This document shows, piece after piece, positions 1 through 10,782 of a stretch of DNA of 64,000 nt. How positions within the stretch are numbered: position 1 is the stretch's first letter; each line of letters starts with the position of its first letter. The position numbers and the translations under genes are program-made. The notes below the pieces were generated by a model. It was not told the DNA's origin, did no database searches, and was given only the letters and a program-made list of their open reading frames with translations. The stretch is from contig JAERSU010000257.1 in NCBI GenBank assembly GCA_016845445.1, positions 2,873 through 66,872 of the forward strand, in the 5' to 3' direction. The DNA is from Oceanospirillaceae bacterium. Its GTDB lineage: Bacteria > Pseudomonadota > Gammaproteobacteria > Pseudomonadales > Balneatricaceae.

Positions 1-1
1 T

Positions 2-766
2 CAATGGGCCAAGGTGACCAGTGCATCTGGGCAGTATGTGGCTCGAGTACGCTCGACGCCGGCTTTACGTCAAGGCCAGGTGTTTGTGCCTATTCACTGG
101 AGTGCGCCCTTTGCCAGTGCAGCCAAGGCGAGTAGCTTAGTCGCGCCCCATGTTGATGCTGACTCTGGACAACCGCAGTTTAAACAAACACCGGTGCGTA
201 TTGAGGCCCTTGAAGTGCACTGGCAAGCTCGTTTGGTCTGCAGTGATAATCTGCAATTTGCTGATACAGCCAAGCAATGGCATTGGCATAAGTCACCTAT
301 GGATGGTAATTGGCAATGGAAAATGGCGGGTAGAGAGCCTATCGATTGGCCGACTTGGTTGAGTGGGTTGCTGCCACAGGCCGATGACCGCATGGTGCTG
401 CAATCTAGTCATGACCTTAGTTTGCGCTTAGCCCTATATCAACAGGGTAAATTGCTGGCCGTGCTGTGGGTGGCAGATTACCTGCCTAGCTTCAATGCAG
501 AGCTGGTGCAAAAAATGTTTAACTTGCCTCGCTGTGATGCTAAACAGCGCTTGTTAGTGTTGGCTGGTCGTCAAGGCCAGGTACAGGAGGTTGATAAAAT
601 GATTTGTTCCTGTATGCAGGTCACTGCTTCTAGCATTGATAAAGCCATTGCTGGTGGTGCAACTAGTGTGCCTCAATTGCAGCAGCAATTAGGCTGTGGC
701 AGCGGCTGTGGTTCCTGCTTGGGTGAAGTGCAGGCAAGATTAAATTTGACTAAACAGGTTGCTTAG
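2..766 (+). CDS. nasA: Assimilatory nitrate reductase catalytic subunit, C-terminal part (5' truncated by window)
   Basis: Molybdopterin-dinucleotide-binding segment (GQVFVPIHW...DADSGQPQFKQTPV) followed by BFD-like [2Fe-2S] domain (ICSC...LGCGSGCGSC); frame open from window start. Confidence 0.85.
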   Translation, partial: QWAKVTSASGQYVARVRSTPALRQGQVFVPIHWSAPFASAAKASSLVAPHVDADSGQPQFKQTPVRIEALEVHWQARLVCSDNLQFADTAKQWHWHKSPMDGNWQWKMAGREPIDWPTWLSGLLPQADDRMVLQSSHDLSLRLALYQQGKLLAVLWVADYLPSFNAELVQKMFNLPRCDAKQRLLVLAGRQGQVQEVDKMICSCMQVTASSIDKAIAGGATSVPQLQQQLGCGSGCGSCLGEVQARLNLTKQVA

Positions 767-768
767 CA

Positions 769-1329
769 TTAGCTGTGGGTTGGATTGAGTTTAGCGGTGA
801 GAACATGGTTTTGCCACTGACCATTGATCTTGAGGTAGTCTTTGGCGAGTCCTTCCTGCACAAAACCTAGGGCTTGTAAGAGTTTGCCGCTACGTATATT
901 GCTGGTCATATAGGAAGCTTGGATACGATGCAGGACAAGGTCCCGAAACATAAAGGCAATGCAGGGGGGCAGGAATTCCTGCATCAGGCCTTTGCCTTGC
1001 TGTTGCGCATCGATGGAATAGCCTAGGAAGCAGGCTTGCATAGGCCCCCAGACGATCTGCGAGAAATCAATGCTGGCAATGAGTTTGTTGTGCTCATCAA
1101 AGGCACCTAATTTGACCTGCTTGCCAGCGTGAAATTCACCTTCGGCTTCAAGGATGCGGTGTAGCATGTTTTCTTGGCTGTAGAAATCTTGCGCCCGTTC
1201 AGGTTCCCATGGAGCAAGATGAGTGCGGTTGCGGCTATAGTAATCCAACAGTTCGGCGGCATCCTCTGCTTGCAAGAGCCTGATGTGAGCATGGCGCGTA
1301 TGGAAGTCAGGCTTGGGTAACATGGGCAA
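769..1329 (-). CDS. rimJ: GNAT acetyltransferase, ribosomal protein S5 alanine N-acetyltransferase-like
   Basis: NRTHLAPWEP, CFLGYSID, QGKGLM, LHRIQASYM, EGLAKDYLKINGQWQNHVLTA motifs typical of RimJ. Confidence 0.85.
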   Translation of the reverse strand: MPMLPKPDFHTRHAHIRLLQAEDAAELLDYYSRNRTHLAPWEPERAQDFYSQENMLHRILEAEGEFHAGKQVKLGAFDEHNKLIASIDFSQIVWGPMQACFLGYSIDAQQQGKGLMQEFLPPCIAFMFRDLVLHRIQASYMTSNIRSGKLLQALGFVQEGLAKDYLKINGQWQNHVLTAKLNPTHS

Positions 1330-1332
1330 ATC

Positions 1333-2706
1333 CTACAGCGCGTTGAGGGCGTCTTGCAGGGTTTTTACGCCGATGATCTGCATATTGGCCAAGGCTGCAT
1401 CGCTGCGTTCTTTAGGGATATTGGCGATAGGTACAATAGCCCGGGTAAAACCATGTTTGGCGGCTTCGCGAATACGTTCCTGACCCGAGGGTACGGGGCG
1501 TATTTCGCCAGACAGGCCCACTTCACCAAATACCACTAGCTGTTGGTCCAGCGGCTGGCCGCGTAAACTAGAAACGATGGCCATGAGCATAGCTAGGTCA
1601 GCACTGGTTTCACTGACGCGCACACCGCCAACCACGTTAACAAAGACATCCTGGTCGCCTGTATGAAGGCCCCCATGGCGATGCAATACGGCCAGTAACA
1701 TGGCTAAGCGGTTTTGATCTAAACCAATGGCCACGCGGCGCGGATTATTGAAGTGACTTTCGTCCACCAGGGCCTGCAGTTCTACCAACAGGGGGCGGGT
1801 GCCTTCCCACACCACCATGACTAGGCTGCCAGCGGCAGCCCCTTCGGCGCGGGAGAGGAAGATAGAGCTGGGATTCTTAACTTCTTTGAGGCCGGTCTCG
1901 AGCATGGCAAACACGCCCAGTTCGTTGACGGCGCCAAAACGATTTTTATGACCGCGCAGGGTGCGAAAGCGACTATCGTGATCGCCTTCCAATTGTAGGG
2001 AACAGTCAATCATGTGCTCCAAGACCTTGGGGCCTGCTAAGTTACCATCTTTGGTGACATGGCCGACTAACAGCAGCACAGTGTTGGACTGTTTGGCATA
2101 GCGAACCAAGGCCGCGGCACATTCGCGCACCTGGGAAACACTACCCGGCGCAGAGGTGATGTCGGCCAGTTGCATGACTTGAATGGAATCGACCACTAAG
2201 AGCTTGGGTTTGATGCTATCAGCGGTGGCGATGATGGCTTCGACGTCGGTTTCTGCCAACATCTTTAGATTAGCAGTTGGCAATTCCAGGCGCTGAGCGC
2301 GCAGGGCCACCTGTTGCAAGGATTCTTCACCGGTGACATACATGGCCGGCATTTGTTGCGCCAGATTACACATTAATTGCAATAACAGGGTGGATTTTCC
2401 GGCCCCAGGATGACCGCCAATCAAGATGGCAGAGCCGGGCACCAGACCACCACCAAGGACGCGATCGAGCTCGCCAATATCGGTACTAAAACGAGGCACC
2501 TGGGCAATGTCAACTTCACTTAGATCTAGTAGCTGGGCACTGACACCAGCATAACCTTTGGCTTTGGCGGCACCGCCCTTGGCTTGTGAGCCTAAGCGAA
2601 TTTCCTGCAGGCTGTTCCAGCTACCACAGTCGTTACATTGACCTTGCCACTTGCTGTAATCTGAGCCGCATTCGTTGCAGACAAAGGCGGTTTTTTGTTT
2701 GACCAT
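1333..2706 (-). CDS. radA: DNA repair protein RadA/Sms
   Basis: Zn finger CNECG..WQGQCNDC, Walker A GHPGAGKST, KNRFG motif; start placed at MVKQK (2706). Confidence 0.97.
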   Translation of the reverse strand: MVKQKTAFVCNECGSDYSKWQGQCNDCGSWNSLQEIRLGSQAKGGAAKAKGYAGVSAQLLDLSEVDIAQVPRFSTDIGELDRVLGGGLVPGSAILIGGHPGAGKSTLLLQLMCNLAQQMPAMYVTGEESLQQVALRAQRLELPTANLKMLAETDVEAIIATADSIKPKLLVVDSIQVMQLADITSAPGSVSQVRECAAALVRYAKQSNTVLLLVGHVTKDGNLAGPKVLEHMIDCSLQLEGDHDSRFRTLRGHKNRFGAVNELGVFAMLETGLKEVKNPSSIFLSRAEGAAAGSLVMVVWEGTRPLLVELQALVDESHFNNPRRVAIGLDQNRLAMLLAVLHRHGGLHTGDQDVFVNVVGGVRVSETSADLAMLMAIVSSLRGQPLDQQLVVFGEVGLSGEIRPVPSGQERIREAAKHGFTRAIVPIANIPKERSDAALANMQIIGVKTLQDALNAL

Positions 2707-2720
2707 AGTGTGCCTTGGTT

Positions 2721-2758
2721 CCATCAGGGTCTGACCCCTTGGGGTCAGACCCTAGTGT
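2721..2758. repeat. REP-like palindromic doublet AGGGTCTGACCCC-TT-GGGGTCAGACCCT
   Basis: Two 13-bp palindromic units at 2726-2738 and 2741-2753; flanks CCATC/AGTGT are the reverse complement of the GATGG/ACACT flanks of other copies. Confidence 0.9.
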
Positions 2759-2763
2759 GGTGG

Positions 2764-3786
<1,023 letters not shown>

Positions 3787-3824
3787 TTACGTATGTCTCA
3801 GTAGGGCTAGGTATTATTGTAGCT

Positions 3825-5741
3825 CTAGCCTAACTCGCTTTCTAGTTCTTCTAGCTGTTCTTGGGCAAGCATCCAGTCTTCTTCTAGCTGCTCGGCCTGT
3901 TGCGTGTTTGTTGCTTGTTGTTGTAGCAGTTGTTGCAGTAGGTCTTTCTGCGCAGCGTCATAGATATCCGGGTGTGCTAATTGCTGTTCTATCTCTGCTA
4001 ATTCAGCTTGTGCTCTGTCGAGCTGAGTTTCCAGTTTAGCCAGTTGTTTCTTGAGGGGGCTTAGCTTGGCTCGTTTTTCTGCCTGTATACGTTTTTGCTC
4101 TTTGCGATCTTGGGCAGACACACTGTTGCTAGCGCTGAGTTCCTGCTTGACCTCTTGGCGTGCTTTAGCTTGTTGTTGAACCAATTGCTGTAGGTGCTTT
4201 TGATAATCATCAAGATCACCTTCATAGGCAGCAATTTTACCGTCGGCTACCAGCCAGTATTGATCGACAACTTGACGCAGAAGATGCCGATCGTGGGAGA
4301 TAACCACAATGGCACCCTGAAATTCCTGCAACGCCATGGTTAGGGCATGTCGGGCTTCTAGATCCAGATGGTTGGTCGGCTCATCCAAGAGCAATAAATT
4401 GGGCTTTTGGATGGCGATCATGGCTAGGGCGAGACGCACCTTTTCACCGCCGGAGAAGTTCTTCACCGGCTCAAATACACGATCGCCCTGCCAGCCAAAG
4501 CCACCGAGAAAGTTGCGTAGTTCCTGTTCACTGGCTTGCGGTTTTAAGCGTTGTAGGTGGAGTAGACCGTGAGCTTGTAAATCCAGAGCTTCAAGCTGGT
4601 GCTGGGCAAAGTAGCCGATACGCAGATGTTCACCACCAACGATGGTGCCAGCCAATGGAGCCACGTCACCTACCAAGGTTTTGATAAATGATGACTTGCC
4701 GGCGCCGTTGGGCCCCAATAGGGCAATGCGTGAATCCTGCAAAATGCTCAGATTGGCTTTTACTAGGGGCTTGTCATAGCCAATGTCGACACCATCTAGG
4801 GTTAGCAGGTTGGCGCTTATCTGGTCAAAATCCGGGAAGCGAAAGGTAAACGGGGAATCGGCATAAGCTGGGGCGATGAGTTCCATGCGTTCTAGGGCTT
4901 TAACCCGCCCCTGAGCCTGTTTGGCTTTACTGGCCTTGGCTTTAAAGCGACGAATAAAACTTTCAATATGAGCAATTTCGGCTTGCTGCTTTTCGTACAG
5001 GCTTTGTTGTTGTGCCATGCGCTCCGCTTTTTGCCGTTCAAAGGCAGCGTAGTTACCACGATAGGCGGTTAGCTGTTGCTGATTCAGGTACACGATGGTT
5101 TGCACTACCTGATCCAAGAAGTCTCGGTCGTGAGAGATGAGTAGCAGGGTGCCTGGATAGTTCTGCAACCAGCCTTCTAGCCACATGGTGGCATCCAGGT
5201 CCAGGTGGTTGGTGGGTTCATCCAATAGCAGTAAATCTGAAGGGCACATGAGGGCCTTGGCTAGATTTAGGCGTACACGCCAGCCGCCAGAAAAACTGGC
5301 TACCGATTGTTGCCAGTCGCCTTCCTGAAAGCCTAAGCCTTGCAGTAGTTGTTGAGCACGATTTAACGCTGTGTAGCCACCCACCTGTTCGTAATCGGCC
5401 CAGCCTTGGGCTAGGGCCGTGTCATTGCTCTGCTGCTGAGCTACGGCAATGTCGGCTTCTGCTTGGCGAAATAAAGGATCACCATCCAATACGTGGTCAA
5501 CGGCAGAACGTTCGATATCGCCAATTTCCTGCGCCATGTGCGCTAGGCGGAGGCTGGGTGGAATACTGAGTTCACCAGCGTCTACCTGTAGCTCGTTGAG
5601 TAGTAGCTTAAACAGGCTGGTTTTGCCAGCGCCGTTGCGGCCTACCAGACCATAACGATGGCCGGCATGCAGGCTTAGATTGGCATCCTTGAGCAGGGCT
5701 TGGCCGCCCCGCAATAGGTGTAGGTTGTGTAACTGAATCAT
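3825..5741 (-). CDS. yheS: ABC-F family ATPase (YheS-like)
   Basis: Two ABC cassettes (GRNGAGKT; GPNGAGKS; LLLLDEPTNHLD twice), no TM segments, C-terminal coiled coil; true start likely MIQLHNL at 5741. Confidence 0.88.
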   Translation of the reverse strand: MIQLHNLHLLRGGQALLKDANLSLHAGHRYGLVGRNGAGKTSLFKLLLNELQVDAGELSIPPSLRLAHMAQEIGDIERSAVDHVLDGDPLFRQAEADIAVAQQQSNDTALAQGWADYEQVGGYTALNRAQQLLQGLGFQEGDWQQSVASFSGGWRVRLNLAKALMCPSDLLLLDEPTNHLDLDATMWLEGWLQNYPGTLLLISHDRDFLDQVVQTIVYLNQQQLTAYRGNYAAFERQKAERMAQQQSLYEKQQAEIAHIESFIRRFKAKASKAKQAQGRVKALERMELIAPAYADSPFTFRFPDFDQISANLLTLDGVDIGYDKPLVKANLSILQDSRIALLGPNGAGKSSFIKTLVGDVAPLAGTIVGGEHLRIGYFAQHQLEALDLQAHGLLHLQRLKPQASEQELRNFLGGFGWQGDRVFEPVKNFSGGEKVRLALAMIAIQKPNLLLLDEPTNHLDLEARHALTMALQEFQGAIVVISHDRHLLRQVVDQYWLVADGKIAAYEGDLDDYQKHLQQLVQQQAKARQEVKQELSASNSVSAQDRKEQKRIQAEKRAKLSPLKKQLAKLETQLDRAQAELAEIEQQLAHPDIYDAAQKDLLQQLLQQQATNTQQAEQLEEDWMLAQEQLEELESELG

Positions 5742-5765
5742 GGGGGCGCATGGTACCACAGTAAC

Positions 5766-5808
5766 GGGGTCAGACCCCATGGGGTCTGACCCTAAAGTGC
5801 CAGGTGTC
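5766..5808. repeat. REP-like palindromic doublet plus variant third unit
   Basis: GGGGTCAGACCCC-AT-GGGGTCTGACCCT-AA-AGTGCCAGGTGTC. Confidence 0.9.
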
Positions 5809-5928
5809 TTTACAATTTGTGAGAAAATTGTGACTTGCAAGGCGAAAGACCTAGAAATTCGCTGGGTTAACCCTATATAGTAAGCAACCGGGCTTGTGCC
5901 TGATAACTAAATTAATAAGGAAACCTCC

Positions 5929-6600
5929 ATGAAAAACCTAAGCCGTTTGGCTGTAACCAGTGCTATTGCCCTAAGTGCGGCCACTGCGCAAGCCGAGATT
6001 AATCTGGAAGATAATCAGCAAAAAGTAAGTTACAGCGTTGGTATGTTGATTGCCAGCCAGTTGGCCAATGACTTTGATGATCTAGACCTGAATGCGTTTG
6101 TGGAAGGTTTCAATAAATTCTACGGTGGTGAGCAAACCCTATTGAGCCCACAGGAAGCCATGGCCGCGGTACAGGCTTACCAGCGCGATCAGCAGGTGGC
6201 GGCTAGTGCCAATGCCTTGGCAGAAAGTGAAGCCTTCCTTGCCGAAATGTCCCAGTTAGAGGACGTGCAGGTAACCAAGTCTGGTTTGCAGTATAAAATT
6301 ATTGCCGAAGGCAGTGGTGCTCAACCAGCTGCTACTGATACGGTTACCGTGCACTATCATGGTACGCTGATGAACGGTCAGACCTTTGATAGTTCTTATG
6401 ATCGTGGCGAGCCTACATCCTTCCCTCTGAATGGCGTAATCGCTGGCTGGACTGAAGGTCTGCAGTTGATGAAAGAAGGCGCTACCTACGAATTCTACAT
6501 TCACCCTGATCTGGCTTACGGTCCACGTGGTGCTGGTGGTGCCATTGGACCAAATGCTGCCCTAGTATTTAAGGTAGAGCTGCTAAAAGTTGGTGAATAA
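5929..6600 (+). CDS. FKBP-type peptidyl-prolyl isomerase with signal peptide (FklB/FkpA/Mip family)
   Basis: Signal peptide, VSYSVG dimerisation domain, SGLQYK, VTVHYHGTL, FDSSY, VIAGWTEGLQLM, LAYG. Confidence 0.95.
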   Translation: MKNLSRLAVTSAIALSAATAQAEINLEDNQQKVSYSVGMLIASQLANDFDDLDLNAFVEGFNKFYGGEQTLLSPQEAMAAVQAYQRDQQVAASANALAESEAFLAEMSQLEDVQVTKSGLQYKIIAEGSGAQPAATDTVTVHYHGTLMNGQTFDSSYDRGEPTSFPLNGVIAGWTEGLQLMKEGATYEFYIHPDLAYGPRGAGGAIGPNAALVFKVELLKVGE

Positions 6601-6699
6601 GCCCATTTTCGCTTTGCCTTAGAGCATAAAGCAGCGCTTATTACTAATTTAGGAATTTTTCTGATACCCAAAGCTGTTGCCATTCACTATGATGACAGC

Positions 6700-6832
6700 C
6701 ATAGGATTAAGTTAGCCGGTTTGGCCGACATGGATGGCAGGATGCCTAACGATATCAACCACACGGATGTGGTTGTGTTGTTAAAGAATCAAAAAAGCCC
6801 GCATGTGGAAACACATGCGGGCTTTTCTTTTT
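6700..6832 (+). ncRNA. Candidate CsrA/RsmA-sequestering sRNA (RsmY/RsmZ/CsrB-like)
   Basis: Repeated GGA motifs (ATAGGA, ATGGA, GGCAGGATGCC, CAACCAC-ACGGAT-GTGGTTG stem-loop), TATGAT -10 at 6688-6693, intrinsic terminator 6791-6832; 5' end approximate. Confidence 0.65.
6791..6832. terminator. Bidirectional intrinsic terminator
   Basis: AAAAAAGCCCGCATGTG-GAAA-CACATGCGGGCTTTTCTTTTT between convergent transcripts. Confidence 0.9.
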
Positions 6833-6865
6833 ACACTAGGGTCAGACCCCTTGGGGTCTGACCCT
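6833..6865. repeat. REP-like palindromic doublet
   Basis: ACACT-AGGGTCAGACCCC-TT-GGGGTCTGACCCT. Confidence 0.9.
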
Positions 6866-6873
6866 TAATGACA

Positions 6874-7500
6874 TTATAGTACGTTCAGTACAGCAACCAT
6901 AACCGCAGTCAGTACCAGGGAGCTGGCAATCACACCGTTAACGGTAGTCAGAGGACCTTGCTTGCCTTTTAGAGCATTGATTTCCAACAGGGCAATAATA
7001 GCCAGCATGGCAACCATTGACGTGGCGCCGAAATCAACAACTTCCCAGCCGCCCATGCCGCCGTGGCCAGAAGCCAGCATACAGAACGCCATTGGGCCGG
7101 AGAAGAGTACGTTGTGACGAGAGGCTAGTAGAGCCTTGGCACCGGCAGCAGCAGCGTCGCCGTCTTTCATGCCTAGGGCAATTTGCTGGTTAGGCCAAAT
7201 TACCATCCATACGTTTAGGAACATCAGGATACCGAAAATAGAACCAATCCAGATGTAGTTGTTGTTGGCAGAAGGCACGGTGAACAGCATGATGATACCG
7301 GTTAGGAAGGTAAACATCGCACCCCAACGGAACCACCAAAGAGCGCTTGGCGCTAGGTGCTGCTTGGCATCGGCTAGTGCTTCAGGGGTGGCTTTTTTGA
7401 AGTAACCACCTTGTACGAAGTTGAAGTAATACAGCATGCCAATCCAGGTAATACCGAATAGCACGTGTGACCAACGGAACAAAAATCCTAAGAATTCCAT
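6874..7500 (-). CDS. PuuD-like (urate oxidase N-terminal) membrane protein lacking the cytochrome c domain
   Basis: FRWSHVLFGITWIGMLYYFNFVQ, ALWWFRWGAMFTFLTG, NVWMVIWPNQ, ASRHN motifs; no CXXCH. Confidence 0.7.
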   Translation of the reverse strand: MEFLGFLFRWSHVLFGITWIGMLYYFNFVQGGYFKKATPEALADAKQHLAPSALWWFRWGAMFTFLTGIIMLFTVPSANNNYIWIGSIFGILMFLNVWMVIWPNQQIALGMKDGDAAAAGAKALLASRHNVLFSGPMAFCMLASGHGGMGGWEVVDFGATSMVAMLAIIALLEINALKGKQGPLTTVNGVIASSLVLTAVMVAVLNVL

Positions 7501-7675
7501 AATGAGCCTCTCTCAATGGTTTTATGATGGGCATAGTGCCCTTTGTTAGGTGGGGTTATTGTACCAAGGTCTAAGAGTATTGGAATGCTTGAGAGGGGCA
7601 AAGAAGGGCAAATATGTTGTTTTTTAGCGAAAAAAGTGGTCTAAACCCTTATAAATTATGGGATTATTGCGCGAA

Positions 7676-7711
7676 ACACTGGGGTCTGGCCTCTTGGGTC
7701 AGACCCCGATG
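7676..7711. repeat. Degenerate REP-like palindromic doublet
   Basis: ACACT-GGGGTCTGGCCTC-TT-GGGTCAGACCCC-GATG. Confidence 0.85.
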
Positions 7712-7719
7712 CTAGTCTG

Positions 7720-8694
<975 letters not shown>

Positions 8695-8801
8695 TTAAAT
8701 TAGGCATAGCAAAAATATGAGCCCGACGATACCATAATTCAAGCACCTAGTAGGATTAAATTTTAAAATATGCACAGGCGGCCGATGCCGAAGGATAAGG
8801 G

Positions 8802-9452
8802 ATGCTGGATTGGGATAATATTGATACCGTCATGTTGGATATGGATGGCACTCTTTTGGATTTGCATTTTGATACCTATTATTGGCTGGAACACTTGCCA
8901 TTACGCTATGCGCAGATCCACGGAGGGTCTGTGCAAGAGGCCAAAAATCTCATTTACCCCAAATTAATGGCCCTGAAGGGGCAGTTGAATTGGTACTGCT
9001 TGGACTACTGGCAGAGTGAGTTTGACGTGGATATTATTGCCTTGAAAAAAGAGGTTGATCACAAGGTGCAGTTTTTACCGGGCACCGAAGCTTTTCTTGA
9101 TTGGTTGAAAACCACCGGCAAGCACATCTATCTGGTGACCAATGCTCATGCAGGTAGTTTGGCGGTAAAACAGCCTCATGCTCGCCTGGAGCGCTGGATG
9201 CATGGTTTTTATCATTCCCATGATTATGGTTATGCCAAAGAAGAATTGGCTTTTTGGCGAGCCCTGCAAGCCAATATCGGCTATGATCCTACCCGCACCC
9301 TAATGGTGGATGATAATATGCAGGTTCTAGCAACCGCACAGCAATCCGGTATCGAGCATCTGCTGACCATTAGTGAACCAGATACACAGAAGCCTCCTCA
9401 AGCTACCGGTGATTTTATGGCGGTGGCCAATTTAGGCCAAGCCATTCCTTAA
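8802..9452 (+). CDS. yrfG: HAD-family GMP/IMP nucleotidase
   Basis: LDMDGTLLDLHFD, LNWYCLDYW, LVTNAH; synteny with hslR. Confidence 0.9.
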   Translation: MLDWDNIDTVMLDMDGTLLDLHFDTYYWLEHLPLRYAQIHGGSVQEAKNLIYPKLMALKGQLNWYCLDYWQSEFDVDIIALKKEVDHKVQFLPGTEAFLDWLKTTGKHIYLVTNAHAGSLAVKQPHARLERWMHGFYHSHDYGYAKEELAFWRALQANIGYDPTRTLMVDDNMQVLATAQQSGIEHLLTISEPDTQKPPQATGDFMAVANLGQAIP

Positions 9453-9461
9453 GGATAATGT

Positions 9462-9851
9462 ATGCACGATCAAGCCACCAAAGTACGCTTGGATAAATGG
9501 TTATGGGCCGCCCGTTTTTTTAAAACCCGAGGCTTGGCAAAAGCCGCTATTGAAGGGGGTAAAGTGCACTATGAAGGCCAGCGCGCCAAGTGTTCCCGTA
9601 TGGTGGAATTGGGGGCAGAGCTAACTGTGCGTCAAGGTTGGGATGAAAAAACCATTAAGGTGACAGGCTTGTCCGAGCAACGTCGTGGTGCCCCAGAAGC
9701 CGCCAAGCTATATCAAGAGACCAAAGCCAGTGAAGACAAACGCGCCGAGCAGGCAGCGGCACGTAAGGCTATGGGTGGCGTGTCTGCCCATCGCCCAACC
9801 AAGAAAGAGCGGCGTGATCAGTCGCGTTTTTGGCAACAATTTGAGGAATAG
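9462..9851 (+). CDS. hslR: Ribosome-associated heat shock protein Hsp15
   Basis: VRLDKWLWAARFFKTR S4 domain, RPTKKERR. Confidence 0.95.
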   Translation: MHDQATKVRLDKWLWAARFFKTRGLAKAAIEGGKVHYEGQRAKCSRMVELGAELTVRQGWDEKTIKVTGLSEQRRGAPEAAKLYQETKASEDKRAEQAAARKAMGGVSAHRPTKKERRDQSRFWQQFEE

Positions 9852-9853
9852 GC

Positions 9854-10738
9854 ATGTTAGCCATTATCTTGCAGTTAATTGAAATTCTAGCCCCGGTTTT
9901 TATCTGTGTTGCACTGGGCGTTGCTTGGGTACGCAGTGGGGAAGGTTTTGATACCGCCATGGTCACTAAGTTGGTCACTGTGATAGGCACGCCAGCCTTG
10001 GTGTTTTATGCCTTAGTAACGGCCAATCTGGATAAAGGCTTGTTTATGCAAATGGGCCTGGCAGCCGTGGCGGCCAATGTCCTATTTTTGCTTGCGGGTA
10101 TGGTTTTACTGCCCCTATTTGGCTTGTCCCGCCAAGCCTTTTTGCAGACCATTACCTTCCCCAATATTGGCAATGTTGGTTTGCCCGTGTGTTATTTGGC
10201 TTTCGGCGATCAGGGGCTGGCTTTGGCTATTGCCTTCTTTGTGGTTTATGTGGCTATTCAATTCACCGTCGGCATTGCTGTGGTGGCCGGAGGGTTTTCT
10301 TTCCGCACCCTGCTAACCATGCCGGTGATTCCGGCAACCATCATTGCCATGCTGTTTTTAATGACCGATACGCAGGTGCCGAAATGGTTATTAAATAGCA
10401 CTGAAATGATTGGTGATCTAACCATACCCTTGATGTTATTTACCTTAGGCGTGTCACTGGCAAGTTTGCGGTTGGGTAACTTAAGGGTGGCCTTTGGTGT
10501 GGCGAGCATGCGCTTGCTGCTGGGTGTGGCTGTGGGCGTTGGTCTGGCATGGGTGTTGGGGCTGCAGGGCGCTGCAGCAGCGATAGTCATCCTACAGTGC
10601 AGCATGCCGGTAGCGGTGTACGCTTATTTATTTGCCCAGTTGTATAACCAGCGTGCAACCGAGGTTGCCGGTGTGGTCGTGGTATCTACCTTTATGAGTA
10701 TTGTTAGCCTGCCTTTGATGTTGGTGTACGTGTTATAA
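9854..10738 (+). CDS. AEC (auxin efflux carrier) family membrane transporter
   Basis: About 10 TM helices, FPNIGNVGLP, IPLMLFTLG, SMPVAV motifs. Confidence 0.85.
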   Translation: MLAIILQLIEILAPVFICVALGVAWVRSGEGFDTAMVTKLVTVIGTPALVFYALVTANLDKGLFMQMGLAAVAANVLFLLAGMVLLPLFGLSRQAFLQTITFPNIGNVGLPVCYLAFGDQGLALAIAFFVVYVAIQFTVGIAVVAGGFSFRTLLTMPVIPATIIAMLFLMTDTQVPKWLLNSTEMIGDLTIPLMLFTLGVSLASLRLGNLRVAFGVASMRLLLGVAVGVGLAWVLGLQGAAAAIVILQCSMPVAVYAYLFAQLYNQRATEVAGVVVVSTFMSIVSLPLMLVYVL

Positions 10739-10782
10739 TTGACGGCTGATTGTTAAACACCTCTTGCTTGGAGTAAAGCCCC

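Noticed and set aside
5742-5840. 33-aa N-terminal extension of the ABC-F protein
   Set aside because: TTG-started read-through of the repeat; the family-typical start is MIQLHNL at 5741.
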